A DNA stretch of 34,122 nucleotides, from positions 1 to 34,122 of the forward strand of contig CAJWHW010000024.1 of NCBI GenBank assembly GCA_913040915.1. Reading direction: 5' to 3'. Position 1 is the first letter of the stretch; each line of letters begins with the position of its first letter. The notes under the pieces are model-generated. The model was not told the DNA's origin. It made no database searches and worked only from the letters and a program-made list of their open reading frames with translations. This document shows, in pieces, positions 1 through 9,385 of the stretch. Source of the stretch: an uncultured Fidelibacterota bacterium (GTDB lineage: Bacteria; Fidelibacterota; Marinisomatia; Marinisomatales; UBA1611). A program made the translations under genes and the position numbers.

Positions 1-53
1 ATTCAAAATCCATTTCTCGCAAGGGAGTGGGGGTTCGAGCCCCTCCACCGGTA
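1..53 (+). tRNA. tRNA-Leu (CAA), 5' half truncated by the window edge
   Basis: Anticodon loop ttCAAaa at the very start, long class II variable arm (tttctc-gcaa-gggag), T-arm GGGGG-TTCGAGC-CCCTC, acceptor 3' strand CACCGGT and discriminator A. CCA is not encoded. Confidence 0.9.
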
Positions 54-99
54 CATTTTAATAAGATTTTTAGCCCGATTTTATAAATCTAATTTTTTC

Positions 100-128
100 T
101 TGACTTGTATTAAATAAACCAATACTTT
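100..128 (+). promoter_or_regulatory. Putative sigma70-type promoter
   Basis: TTGACT (100-105), 17-nt spacer, TACTTT (123-128). It sits about 7 nt upstream of a GC-richer structured island. Confidence 0.55.
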
Positions 129-135
129 AACCATT

Positions 136-222
136 GAAGGTGCTGGTTTGGTGCCTTTGGTATGTGGAAGGGGTAGACGTTCACTCTGTCCGAGGTCATT
201 GTGAAGTCTGCCCCATTTTTTA
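136..222 (+). ncRNA. Candidate small non-coding RNA with two hairpins, the second terminator-like
   Basis: Hairpin 1 is GAAGGTGC/GTGCCTTT (136-158). Hairpin 2 is GGGGTAGAC-G-TTCAC...GTGAA-GTCTGCCCC (170-214), followed by a T-run. Stem imperfections are G-U pairs on + but mismatches on -. There is an upstream promoter and no meaningful ORF. Confidence 0.5.
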
Positions 223-394
223 TATAAAATACACTTAATATTAATTATTATTTAATCCGTATATATTCATATATTATTATATATAAAGTATATTAAATTA
301 CTAGTTAAGGCATGATTTGATTTATAAATTATATAATTATAATTTTCCAATTATATAGTTTGTTACAAACATAAATCAGTTATTAATCCAATAA

Positions 395-2179
395 TCAACA
401 TGAGATAGATTTTAATGCTTTCTCCTGAACAGTTAAAATATCATTTACTTTTATTTTCTGCTTAATATGTAACCTTCCAATTGTACTGCAAGGGACACCA
501 TAGATCATACAAATTCTTTGAAATTCCATTAATTCTTTTTCCCCTACTAGGACCAATGCAGCACCAAAAGATTCTCCAAATAATAATTCTTGATCCAATA
601 GTTTTCTAGAAACATGTACCCTTATTCCATAATCTCGGTTCATTTGTATATACAAATCAAAAAGTGCAGTAATTAGTCCACCTCTAGAAAAAGTACTGAC
701 TTTTTTGATAATATTTTCATTAATAGCTTGAATTAAAGTTTGATTGATATTGAATTCCATTGTACTATCAAACACAGATTCATTATCATCAAATGTTTGA
801 CCAGTTATATCCTGGTAAAGTGAATTTTTTAATTCACCATTCAAGCTTCCTAGAATAGAAATAAAATCAGATTCTTGAATATCCAGGTTACTTTCTGAAC
901 ATGTTTTGCCAATACCAATAACTTGATGTTGATTAAATTCAAGTTCATTAATGAAATGTATTTCTGTTTTATCTTTTATATCAAAAGCATGTATTGCTGA
1001 TTGTTGGCCATCCAAATATTCCATTTGATTTACATTTGATAATATTTGTATGGACTGAATATCTGATCCAACTGCAGAAATTTTACGAACCACATTTGCA
1101 ATAGAACGAGCACCGTCAAAAAACGTGTTCTCCGAAGACAGAATTTGTTGCTTAGTTGCAACTTTTATAATTCTCCCTAATTGAACTTTAGTTAGTTCTC
1201 CTGATTCATTTTTTGGATAACCGGCAACTATTATTTCATTGACAACTTTTGTAATACTTAGTTTTTTCCCTTTTGTCTTTCTATTTGTGAAAAATTTTGA
1301 GTTTTCTTTATCATTTTGCTTTTCTTTACTGTGTATGGATATACTCATTAAATCTAAGGGCCATTTCTTTATCTTCTCATCATCAAATTTAAGGATATGA
1401 TAATTATCAGATTTTATTCGACCTATTTTATAATATTCATATCCGTATTTTTTCATCAAATCTTTTAAGGAGTTATCACTAACTCCATTCAAGATGACTA
1501 ATCCGTCTCCCTTCTTACATTTTAGAGGAATAGACAATTCTATTGAAGCCTGTGCAGGAATAAACTTAAAAAGATTTCTTAAATCAATCCCTTGAGTGCC
1601 GTTTAATGAAAATCCAGTCACAAACTCTTTAGATAAACTAAGTACATCCATGATCCTTTTTTCATTCATTAAAGTTTTTCCCGGTTTAGGAATCTTTACA
1701 TATCCTAATATTTGATCTTTTGCACCCAGATTTTCATAAGTATTTTCAGGCAATAAACCCATTACAATTACTTTTCCTGATTTTTTTCTGGGTGCATCAA
1801 GAGATATATGATGATTAATTGATGGTTTAAAAAAGTCGGTCAAATTTGATTCGTACTGATGTATAGATCTTAGTGTTGTTTTTGGAGGCTTAAATAACCA
1901 GATTAAAGCCAATTGCGAAGGCCACACTCTTCGAAGAGCACAATCACGTAATAAGAAATTTGGTGATCGCCATACTTTTTCTTGTGTTACATCTCTAATT
2001 TCAGTTATAACAAGGTTTTGTTTAGATGGAAGTTGTTTTACAAATCTTGGAGAAAGCTTTTCCCTTTGTAGTAGAATAGGCTCAACAACATCATGAATAA
2101 TTTTTAATTCTTTTTTACTGGGAACCCGACTAAGAGAGCGCTGAATGAATTCAAGGTCAAGTTTAGAGAAAAACTGCAT
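395..2179 (-). CDS. Degenerate PurL (FGAM synthase II / PurM-like fold) paralogue, probably catalytically inactive
   Basis: PurL-like segments: N-terminal LEFIQRSLSRVPSKKEL, GARSIANVVRKISAVG, FSRGGLITAL, and C-terminal LLFGESFGAALVLV...GVPCSTIGRL. The catalytic motifs SEHCSY, ESHNHPS and GAATG are absent. Confidence 0.7.
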   Translation of the reverse strand: MQFFSKLDLEFIQRSLSRVPSKKELKIIHDVVEPILLQREKLSPRFVKQLPSKQNLVITEIRDVTQEKVWRSPNFLLRDCALRRVWPSQLALIWLFKPPKTTLRSIHQYESNLTDFFKPSINHHISLDAPRKKSGKVIVMGLLPENTYENLGAKDQILGYVKIPKPGKTLMNEKRIMDVLSLSKEFVTGFSLNGTQGIDLRNLFKFIPAQASIELSIPLKCKKGDGLVILNGVSDNSLKDLMKKYGYEYYKIGRIKSDNYHILKFDDEKIKKWPLDLMSISIHSKEKQNDKENSKFFTNRKTKGKKLSITKVVNEIIVAGYPKNESGELTKVQLGRIIKVATKQQILSSENTFFDGARSIANVVRKISAVGSDIQSIQILSNVNQMEYLDGQQSAIHAFDIKDKTEIHFINELEFNQHQVIGIGKTCSESNLDIQESDFISILGSLNGELKNSLYQDITGQTFDDNESVFDSTMEFNINQTLIQAINENIIKKVSTFSRGGLITALFDLYIQMNRDYGIRVHVSRKLLDQELLFGESFGAALVLVGEKELMEFQRICMIYGVPCSTIGRLHIKQKIKVNDILTVQEKALKSISC

Positions 2180-2824
2180 TTATTCTTCCCAATCAATATT
2201 GATCATAACTGATTGGATTTCATCCCAAGTATAACCTTTTCTTTTGAAAAGACTTACTAGACGGTTCCTATCTTTTTGGGATTTATTTCCAATTCTGAGT
2301 CTTTTTTTCATAAGCTTCATTAATTGGTCTTCCGGTCTATTTATTTCATATAATTTGTTCAAGATAGGTTCTAAAACCGCATCCGGAATTTGATGTGAAT
2401 AAAATTCACTTTTTACTGCCATTCTACCCAGTAACTTTTTTTCTATTAAATGAACTGCATATGTCTTAGCGAATTCTAAATCATTGATATAGCCTTTAGA
2501 TTCAAATTCATCAAGAATTGGTTCTATATCAAAAGGATTATATCCTTTCTTTTTCAACCTATTAAACAATTCTGCACGACTACGCTGACGATAACTTATT
2601 AAAGTTAAAACTATATTTTTTATTTGATTTTTTATTTCTAAGGATTCTATTTCACTAATTTCTTCTCTCTTTAAAATTTGCCCTACTTCTAATGGTTTAA
2701 AAAGAAAAACGTCTTCAGATATTCCGAAGACGTCTCCTGATTCTAATATGACATTGAATCTTTTTTTCCGCTTCTTCTGCGGTTTAATTGATTTAATTTT
2801 AAGCTTCAGCGGTAACAGCCTCAT
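2180..2824 (-). CDS. recX: Regulatory protein RecX
   Basis: Directly downstream of rec[26 protein letters not shown] and RKGYTWDEI are RecX-type helical repeats. The exact start is uncertain. Confidence 0.9.
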   Translation of the reverse strand: MRLLPLKLKIKSIKPQKKRKKRFNVILESGDVFGISEDVFLFKPLEVGQILKREEISEIESLEIKNQIKNIVLTLISYRQRSRAELFNRLKKKGYNPFDIEPILDEFESKGYINDLEFAKTYAVHLIEKKLLGRMAVKSEFYSHQIPDAVLEPILNKLYEINRPEDQLMKLMKKRLRIGNKSQKDRNRLVSLFKRKGYTWDEIQSVMINIDWEE

Positions 2825-3821
2825 TTTCCAAACCCATAAATGATTTCACCTTAGAAATCACTTGATCCATTATATCTGGATTATCAGTCAAATATGTTTT
2901 GGCATTTTCTCGCCCCTGTCCAATCTTCATATCATCATAAGAGTACCAGGCACCTGTTTTTTCTATAATATTTCCTTCTACAGCTAAGTCGATTATATCG
3001 CCGACAGAAGAAATACCCTGACCATACATAATATCAAATTCAGATTTTTTAAATGGAGGTGCTACTTTATTTTTAACAACTCTGACACGAACCCTGCTAC
3101 CCACCATTTCAGTACCATCTTTGATAGTTGTAATTCTCCGTATTTCCATACGAATTGATGAGTAAAATTTGAGTGCTCTCCCTCCCGGCGTTGTTTCAGG
3201 ATTCCCAAACATAACTCCGATCTTTTCTCTAATCTGGTTGATAAATATAACAGTCGTATTTGAGCGACTCACTGTTCCGGTTAATTTTCTTAATGCCTGC
3301 GACATTAATCTGGCTTGAAGTCCGACATGTGAATCACCCATATCTCCTTCTAATTCAGCTCTGGGAACTAATGCAGCTACAGAATCAATCACTATAACAT
3401 CCAAAGCACCACTTCTAACCAGTGTTTCACAAATTTCCAGAGCCTGCTCACCGGTATCCGGTTGAGAAATCAATAATTCTTTTGTATCGACACCTAATTT
3501 CTTGGAATATTCGGGATCAACCGCGTGTTCCGCATCGATAAAAGCAGCAAAACCTCCAGACCTTTGTGCTTCCGCCACAATATGAAGGGCCAAAGTTGTT
3601 TTTCCTGATGATTCAGGTCCATATATTTCAATAATCCTACCTTTGGGAACACCTCCGACCCCTAAAGCAACATCTAAAGATAAACATCCTGTTGAGATCA
3701 CATTTTCCATATTTGGTGAGTGATCATCTCCAAGCCGCATAATAGAGCCTTTCCCAAATTGACGGTCAATCTGTGTGATAGCTAATTCTAATGCTTTAGA
3801 CTTTTTCGTTTCGGCAGACAT
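2799..3821 (-). CDS. recA: Recombinase A
   Basis: GPESSGKTT Walker [41 protein letters not shown] and [14 protein letters not shown] precedes the ATG. Confidence 0.99.
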   Translation of the reverse strand: MSAETKKSKALELAITQIDRQFGKGSIMRLGDDHSPNMENVISTGCLSLDVALGVGGVPKGRIIEIYGPESSGKTTLALHIVAEAQRSGGFAAFIDAEHAVDPEYSKKLGVDTKELLISQPDTGEQALEICETLVRSGALDVIVIDSVAALVPRAELEGDMGDSHVGLQARLMSQALRKLTGTVSRSNTTVIFINQIREKIGVMFGNPETTPGGRALKFYSSIRMEIRRITTIKDGTEMVGSRVRVRVVKNKVAPPFKKSEFDIMYGQGISSVGDIIDLAVEGNIIEKTGAWYSYDDMKIGQGRENAKTYLTDNPDIMDQVISKVKSFMGLENEAVTAEA

Positions 3822-3830
3822 AATAACTCC

Positions 3831-4409
3831 TTATAAGTTTTCCCCTAGAGGAAAAGTTTTTAATATGGTATAAACAGATTCGCTTTGCAGCATTTCGCTA
3901 CTGAAAAATTGCACACGATCTACGGGTAAATCAATTGGATCATAGGATGATTTTAAAAATGGATCAATTTTAGGAGTATGCTTTTGTGGATACTTGATTC
4001 TTGCAACAGTTATGTGAGGTGAAAATTCCCGATCGGCTTTTGGAAAGCCTATTGGTTCCAAGGTGGATTCAATTTTTTCAACAAGATTAAAAAGTAGATC
4101 TAATTTACCATGAACCCCAAGCCAGAGCACTCTAGGCCTTGCGGGGATAGGAAAACACCCTGTATCTTTGATCTTCAAATCAAACGGATTTAAATCTAAT
4201 GTAATTTTCTCAACATGTTTAATTATATTATTTAAAGATGATTCAGGTGTATGCCCTATAAATTTTAGTGTTAAGTGAAGTTGGGTATTTTTTACCCAAT
4301 GAATAACACCATTTGATGAATCTAAAGTGGAATAAAGCATATTTTTTTTTGATTTCACATCACTTGGAACAGGAATAGCCAGAAATGTTCGTATTAGTTT
4401 ATCTTTCAT
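3831..4409 (-). CDS. thpR: RNA 2',3'-cyclic phosphodiesterase (2'-5' RNA ligase family, 2H phosphoesterase)
   Basis: RTFLAI N-terminus, two HxT motifs (HLTL, HITV) and FP...RPRVLWLG. Classic position between cinA and recA. The probable start is the second Met (4409); the ORF track starts at 4439. Confidence 0.92.
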   Translation of the reverse strand: MKDKLIRTFLAIPVPSDVKSKKNMLYSTLDSSNGVIHWVKNTQLHLTLKFIGHTPESSLNNIIKHVEKITLDLNPFDLKIKDTGCFPIPARPRVLWLGVHGKLDLLFNLVEKIESTLEPIGFPKADREFSPHITVARIKYPQKHTPKIDPFLKSSYDPIDLPVDRVQFFSSEMLQSESVYTILKTFPLGENL

Positions 4410-4507
4410 ATTTAAAATAAATACAATACCATAATGCAAATAGCAATGATTAAGTATATAAATCGGCTATCTAGTTTAAAAGTCATTATTATTTATTAAA
4501 AAGTTAT

Positions 4508-5731
4508 TTATCTTATTTTCAAAAGAAACAGCCTGAGCAAGTTAAGTGCTGCTTGGCTAGTGCGTAGTTTATTCCTTTTTCTATCATTTCCATATCTTAT
4601 TTCTTTGACCTTTACACCACTTTCATGAGCTAAACCAATGTAAATGAGCCCAACTGGCTTATCTTCAGTTCCACCGGTTGGGCCTGCAATTCCAGTAACG
4701 GAGATTCCGATATTTGTGCTAAATTTTTTCATAACATTCTCTGCCATAGATTCTGCAGTTTGTGTGCTAACTGAGCCATATCTCTCCAATAAAGCTTTAT
4801 CAACATCTAATAAATCTATTTTTGATTGATTACTGTACACCACCAAACTTCCTCTGAATATATCTGAGCTGCCTGATACATCTGTTAAACGATGACCAAT
4901 CAAACCGCCAGTACATGATTCAGCAATAGCAATTGTTTTATTTTTTTCTTTAGCTAGACGAACAATGACACTCTCAATACTATCACCATTTTCACTGTAG
5001 ACTTTAACACCTAGAATATTTTTTATCTCATCTCCTAATCTTTTAACAGATTCTTTATTTTTATGTGCAATGCGGATATTCACACCAGTAAGAGCAGGAT
5101 AATACCCAATATCACATCCATGATCTTTTTCCGTTACAGATGCAATTTGTTCAATTAATGCAGATTCTGGTATACCAGTGGTCATAAGATTATATAATTT
5201 TCTAGACCTGACTCCCTTCGATTGAATATAAGGGATCACTGTTTCTTGCATCATAGATTTCATTTCATCAGGAACACCCGGAAGTGAAATTATATTTACA
5301 CCACTGATCTTAAATTTATACCCTCTGGCTGAGCCGATAGGATTTTGGATAACATCACCTTCTATCGGTATCAATGCCTGGCTTCGATTTGATTCCGGAA
5401 TTTCGATGCCAGAGCGTTGAAATTTTTCTGTTAAATATTGCCAATAATTCTCATCAAATTTTGATTTTGTTCCCACAAAATCAAATAGAGTTTGTCTTGT
5501 AATATCATCGGTTGTTGGTCCTAAACCACCGGTACAAAGAACAAAATCTGGATTTATTCGGACATTATGAGATAATGTGTTTGTAATTGATTCCTTTTGA
5601 TCTGGTATGGTTATTTGCTCTAAAATACTACAGCCTAATGCGGTTAACTTTTTTCCCATCCATGTGGCATTGGTATTGATTGTTTCACCTGAAAGAAGTT
5701 CATTCCCAATTGAAACGATGCAAATTTTCAA
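4508..5731 (-). CDS. cinA: Competence/damage-inducible protein CinA (MoCF-like domain plus PncC NMN deamidase)
   Basis: IGNELLSG...NTNA, TGGLGPTTDDITR, LPGVP, then AESCTGGLI and TGIAGPTGG. Confidence 0.96.
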   Translation of the reverse strand: MKICIVSIGNELLSGETINTNATWMGKKLTALGCSILEQITIPDQKESITNTLSHNVRINPDFVLCTGGLGPTTDDITRQTLFDFVGTKSKFDENYWQYLTEKFQRSGIEIPESNRSQALIPIEGDVIQNPIGSARGYKFKISGVNIISLPGVPDEMKSMMQETVIPYIQSKGVRSRKLYNLMTTGIPESALIEQIASVTEKDHGCDIGYYPALTGVNIRIAHKNKESVKRLGDEIKNILGVKVYSENGDSIESVIVRLAKEKNKTIAIAESCTGGLIGHRLTDVSGSSDIFRGSLVVYSNQSKIDLLDVDKALLERYGSVSTQTAESMAENVMKKFSTNIGISVTGIAGPTGGTEDKPVGLIYIGLAHESGVKVKEIRYGNDRKRNKLRTSQAALNLLRLFLLKIR

Positions 5732-6189
5732 CCTAAAATTCCTAATAAGCCTTGAGTTACAAATAAAGCTAGTAAACCGGCAACTACATCATCCAACATT
5801 ATACCATGAGCAGAATGTATATCATCCATCATTTGTACCGGGCCGGGCTTAAGAATATCAAATAATCGAAAAAAGAAAAAAGCAATAAATCCCCAGATAA
5901 TATCTAATGGTAATAAATAGAGCGCTATCCACATACCAACCCATTCATCCACTACTATAGCCTTAGGATCTGTATTTTTCCAAACTTCAACTAAAATTTC
6001 CGATACTATGATACCAATAAAATAAATGATAATAGTAATTAAAAGAAAAAACGGGTCATCAATGATTGGCTTTAGAAAATACCATGCACCTAACGCTGCT
6101 AAACTTCCCCATGTCCCAGGTGCTATTGGAATACGACCTATATAAGCAACAGTCCCAACAAATTCAGCGACTTTAAAGCGGTAATTCAT
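5728..6189 (-). CDS. pgpA: Phosphatidylglycerophosphatase A
   Basis: APGTWGS, DPKAIVVDEWVG, FFRLFDILKP, GIMLDDVVAG. Confidence 0.96.
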   Translation of the reverse strand: MNYRFKVAEFVGTVAYIGRIPIAPGTWGSLAALGAWYFLKPIIDDPFFLLITIIIYFIGIIVSEILVEVWKNTDPKAIVVDEWVGMWIALYLLPLDIIWGFIAFFFFRLFDILKPGPVQMMDDIHSAHGIMLDDVVAGLLALFVTQGLLGILG

Positions 6190-6779
6190 TCTCTTTCTAA
6201 GAAATTCTGAATTGTATGTCGATTAGTATAAAGATATGTAATGCCCGTAAAAACCGTAAAAACCGTTACAATCAAAGTTAGATTATAGATTATGTGGTAA
6301 TCCTTCACAATCTCCAACATTGGTATAGCCCAGGCAACACTTAAACCTTTAATTCCGAGAATCAATAATATAAAGGAAATTATACCCATCTGAGCTGCAG
6401 TTTTTGCCTTTGCAATAGTAGAAGTAACCATCGATAAACCTTTTTTCTCCATAGCCATACGCAATCCTGTTACAAAAAGATCTCTGAAAATGATAAGTCC
6501 GACCATCCAAAACTCAATTATATTTAGCATAGCGAATGAAATAAATGCTGATGAAACAAGAATCTTATCTGCAAGAGGATCCAAGAATTTCCCTTCAGGT
6601 GTTACCATATCATACTTCCGAGCATAATAACCATCATATGCATCTGTTATACTTGCGATAATGAATATTATTAGTGCAGTAGGGTGTCCCCAAGGATGTT
6701 CCCAAAAGAGGCATAGTATGAAAACTGGTGTTAGTAATATTCTGAAGAGTGTAAGAATATTTGGCAGTGTTAAATTAAT
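6186..6779 (-). CDS. pgsA: CDP-diacylglycerol--glycerol-3-phosphate 3-phosphatidyltransferase, extended 57 codons upstream of the ORF-track start
   Basis: The same frame continues upstream of 6608 as (I)NLTLPNILTLFRILLTP...ASITDAYDGYYARKYD, completing the D..DG..AR...G..LDP.ADK motif. There is no in-frame ATG/GTG/TTG upstream before a TGA. ATT at 6779-6777 lies 7 nt after GGAGG. Confidence 0.93.
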   Translation of the reverse strand: MNLTLPNILTLFRILLTPVFILCLFWEHPWGHPTALIIFIIASITDAYDGYYARKYDMVTPEGKFLDPLADKILVSSAFISFAMLNIIEFWMVGLIIFRDLFVTGLRMAMEKKGLSMVTSTIAKAKTAAQMGIISFILLILGIKGLSVAWAIPMLEIVKDYHIIYNLTLIVTVFTVFTGITYLYTNRHTIQNFLERE

Positions 6780-7363
6780 GTTCTTCCCTCCATCGCTCGT
6801 ATCAGTGTAGCTTCATCTGTATATTCTAAATCACCTCCAACAGGAATACCACGAGCTAATCTGGTAACTTTCACATTTTCATCAGATAATATCTTTGCTA
6901 AATACAAGGCAGTTGTTTCACCTTCTACACTTGGATTTGTAGCGATCACGATTTCCATTCCTGGTTCAATACGCTCCAATAACTTATTTATATTTAGCTC
7001 ATCTGGTCCGATACCATCCAAAGGCGAAAGAGCTCCGCCTAAGACATGGTATTTTCCTCGAAAACTGTTTGTCTTTTCAAAGGCATATATATCAGGTGCA
7101 TCCTCTACGATACAAAGGATACTATTATCTCTTCGAATATCAGAACAAATTTTACAAGGGTTTTCTTCTGTGATACCATCACAAATAGTACAGGAACGAA
7201 CTTTAATTTTGATTTCTTTTAATGCATCCGCTAAACGATAGGCTTTTTTACTTTCAGATTTAAGCAGATGAAATGCTAATCGCTGTGCAGTTTTTTTACC
7301 TATTCCTGGAAGTTGAGAAAATTCTTCAATTAAGCGGTTTGCACTATCTGGAAAGGCTTGCAA
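6770..7363 (-). CDS. recR: Recombination protein RecR
   Basis: LPGIGKKTAQRLAFHLL HhH, CxxC...CxxC zinc finger, and Toprim YHVLGG...ATNPSVEGETTA. TTG start. Confidence 0.98.
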   Translation of the reverse strand: MQAFPDSANRLIEEFSQLPGIGKKTAQRLAFHLLKSESKKAYRLADALKEIKIKVRSCTICDGITEENPCKICSDIRRDNSILCIVEDAPDIYAFEKTNSFRGKYHVLGGALSPLDGIGPDELNINKLLERIEPGMEIVIATNPSVEGETTALYLAKILSDENVKVTRLARGIPVGGDLEYTDEATLIRAMEGRTLI

Positions 7364-7687
7364 TTACATTCCCGGTATTTTCAATCCACCTAACATACCA
7401 CCGGCAACAGAATTCATCTTTTCCTGTGAATCTGTTTGGGCTTTAGATAGAGCTTTGTTCAGTGCGGAAATGATTAGGTCTTCCAACATTTCTTTATCTT
7501 CATCCATTGCTTCCGGGTCGATATTAAGTTCCAGTACTTCCTGTTTACCATTTACCTTCACAGATACCAATCCACCACCAGATTCCGATTCAATAATCAT
7601 ATCTGATAGTTGACTTTGTACTTCTTCTATTTGTTTCTGCATTTCCTGTGCCTGTTTCAGCATTTTTGACATGTTTCCTTTAAACAT
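7364..7687 (-). CDS. ybaB: Nucleoid-associated protein, YbaB/EbfC family
   Basis: KQAQEMQ, SGGGLVSVKVNG, D.EMLEDLI.SALN. Lies between dnaX and recR. Confidence 0.96.
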   Translation of the reverse strand: MFKGNMSKMLKQAQEMQKQIEEVQSQLSDMIIESESGGGLVSVKVNGKQEVLELNIDPEAMDEDKEMLEDLIISALNKALSKAQTDSQEKMNSVAGGMLGGLKIPGM

Positions 7688-7695
7688 GGTATCTC

Positions 7696-9375
7696 CTATC
7701 GTAAAATTTCGCCATCGAATACTTCGACAACTTTATTAAATAATTTTTTTTCATCGGGATTGTGTTCAGCTTTTTCAGGTTTCTTATTTTGTGATACCCC
7801 AGCTTCTTCCCCATTTTTAATCTTTAACTTAAGGTCTGTACCAGTTTCAGCTTTAATAATTTTCTCAATTACCTGGACACCGCGCTCCACCAATTTGATA
7901 TTGAATCCGCTTTTTCCAAAAGATTTAATTGTTAATATATTTCCAATGATATCAGTCGGTTTACATTCTTCAATAATTGCTCCAATAGATGGACGTTCAA
8001 TATGGATTTTCTCTACGATATTAGGCCACTTTTCTTCCATTTCTTTTAGTTTAATAATTTCATCCTTTAATTGTTCATCTGATTTTGTTGCTTTTTCATC
8101 TGTTTTCTCTTTTTTAACTGATTCTTCAGGTTCTTGGATTACTCTTTCTTCTTTTATTATAGATTTTACTGATGGTTTTGTCAGAACAGATTTTTTTTGT
8201 TCAACTAATGTTTTTCTATTATTTTGTGATTTTTTATTATTTACTACAGTTGGTAAATTACCAGATAATATTTGTTCGATTTGAACAGATTGATCCATTT
8301 CGAGTAATTTTAATGCAGTCATTTCTAGTAGTAAATAGGGGTCTTCAGCTCTCCGAATTATTATAGATGCATCAATTAATATTTGATTGACTCTTAGTAA
8401 ATCCCGACGATCCCAAACTTTACTCTCACTCAAATATTTCTCTTTATTCTCTTCATTCATTTCCAGTAGTGATTTTCCAGATTCTACACCGGCATATAAG
8501 ATATTTCTTATATGTTCAACTATTCCTGTAATGACTTCCACAGCAGGTACGCCAAATCTGGAAAATTTAGATAATAGATGCACCATTCCTTCGGCATCTT
8601 TTTCAAAGACACTCCTAGTAAATTCAAAATACAAATCATCAGTAATTAGTCCAAGTGCCTTAACAACTCCATCATAATAAATCTTATCTCCACAATAAGA
8701 AATAGCTTGATCTAATAGACTTAATGCATCTCGCATACTCCCATCAGCTTTTCGTGCAATAACGCTAATAGATTCCGAGTCATATTCAAATCCTTCTTCA
8801 TTTAAAATGAGTTGCAGCCTATCAAAAATTACCTGAAGAGATATCCGGTTAAAATCAAATCTTTGGCATCTGGATATGACAGTAGCAGGCACTTTGTGAA
8901 TATCTGTAGTTGCAAAAACAAATTTTACATGAGATGGCGGTTCTTCCAGAGTTCGCAAAAGCGCATTAAATGCTTCCTTAGTAAGCATGTGAACTTCATC
9001 AATGATGACAACCTTATACGAAGCAGAAATTGGAGCGAATTTTATTTGTTCGCGTAATTGACGGATATCATCAATACCTCGATTTGATGCACCATCAATT
9101 TCTAATACATCCAGAGATCGGCCATCAGCGATTTCTTTGGAAGCAGTAGAATTAGGATTAAACTTGGTTGACGGTTTGCCATCTGCATTCAAAGCCATTG
9201 CAAGAATACGTGCAGTAGTGGTCTTACCAACACCTCGAGGACCAGTGAAAATATAGCCTTGGGCAATACGATCCTGTTCAAACGCATTAATTAAGGTTTG
9301 AGTTATGTGATCTTGCCCCACAACATCCTTAAAGGATTGGGGGCGCCATTTAAGTGATAATACTTTGTATGCCAT
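7696..9375 (-). CDS. dnaX: DNA polymerase III subunit gamma/tau
   Basis: KWRPQSF, GPRGVGKTT, EIDGAS, IIDEVHML, SRCQRFDF, GSMRDALSLLDQ. Confidence 0.98.
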   Translation of the reverse strand: MAYKVLSLKWRPQSFKDVVGQDHITQTLINAFEQDRIAQGYIFTGPRGVGKTTTARILAMALNADGKPSTKFNPNSTASKEIADGRSLDVLEIDGASNRGIDDIRQLREQIKFAPISASYKVVIIDEVHMLTKEAFNALLRTLEEPPSHVKFVFATTDIHKVPATVISRCQRFDFNRISLQVIFDRLQLILNEEGFEYDSESISVIARKADGSMRDALSLLDQAISYCGDKIYYDGVVKALGLITDDLYFEFTRSVFEKDAEGMVHLLSKFSRFGVPAVEVITGIVEHIRNILYAGVESGKSLLEMNEENKEKYLSESKVWDRRDLLRVNQILIDASIIIRRAEDPYLLLEMTALKLLEMDQSVQIEQILSGNLPTVVNNKKSQNNRKTLVEQKKSVLTKPSVKSIIKEERVIQEPEESVKKEKTDEKATKSDEQLKDEIIKLKEMEEKWPNIVEKIHIERPSIGAIIEECKPTDIIGNILTIKSFGKSGFNIKLVERGVQVIEKIIKAETGTDLKLKIKNGEEAGVSQNKKPEKAEHNPDEKKLFNKVVEVFDGEILR

Positions 9376-9385
9376 AAGACTATTC

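Noticed and set aside
223..394. Replication origin
   Set aside because: No DnaA boxes (TTATCCACA-like) were found and there is no dnaA/dnaN context.
1..400. Prophage or genomic island integrated at tRNA-Leu
   Set aside because: No integrase is present and I saw no duplicated tRNA 3' end in the window.
7760..9057. Several plus-strand ORFs (174, 64, 96 and 81 aa) inside dnaX, and similar short ORFs inside other genes
   Set aside because: They are antisense or alternate-frame shadows of conserved genes with no recognisable motifs.
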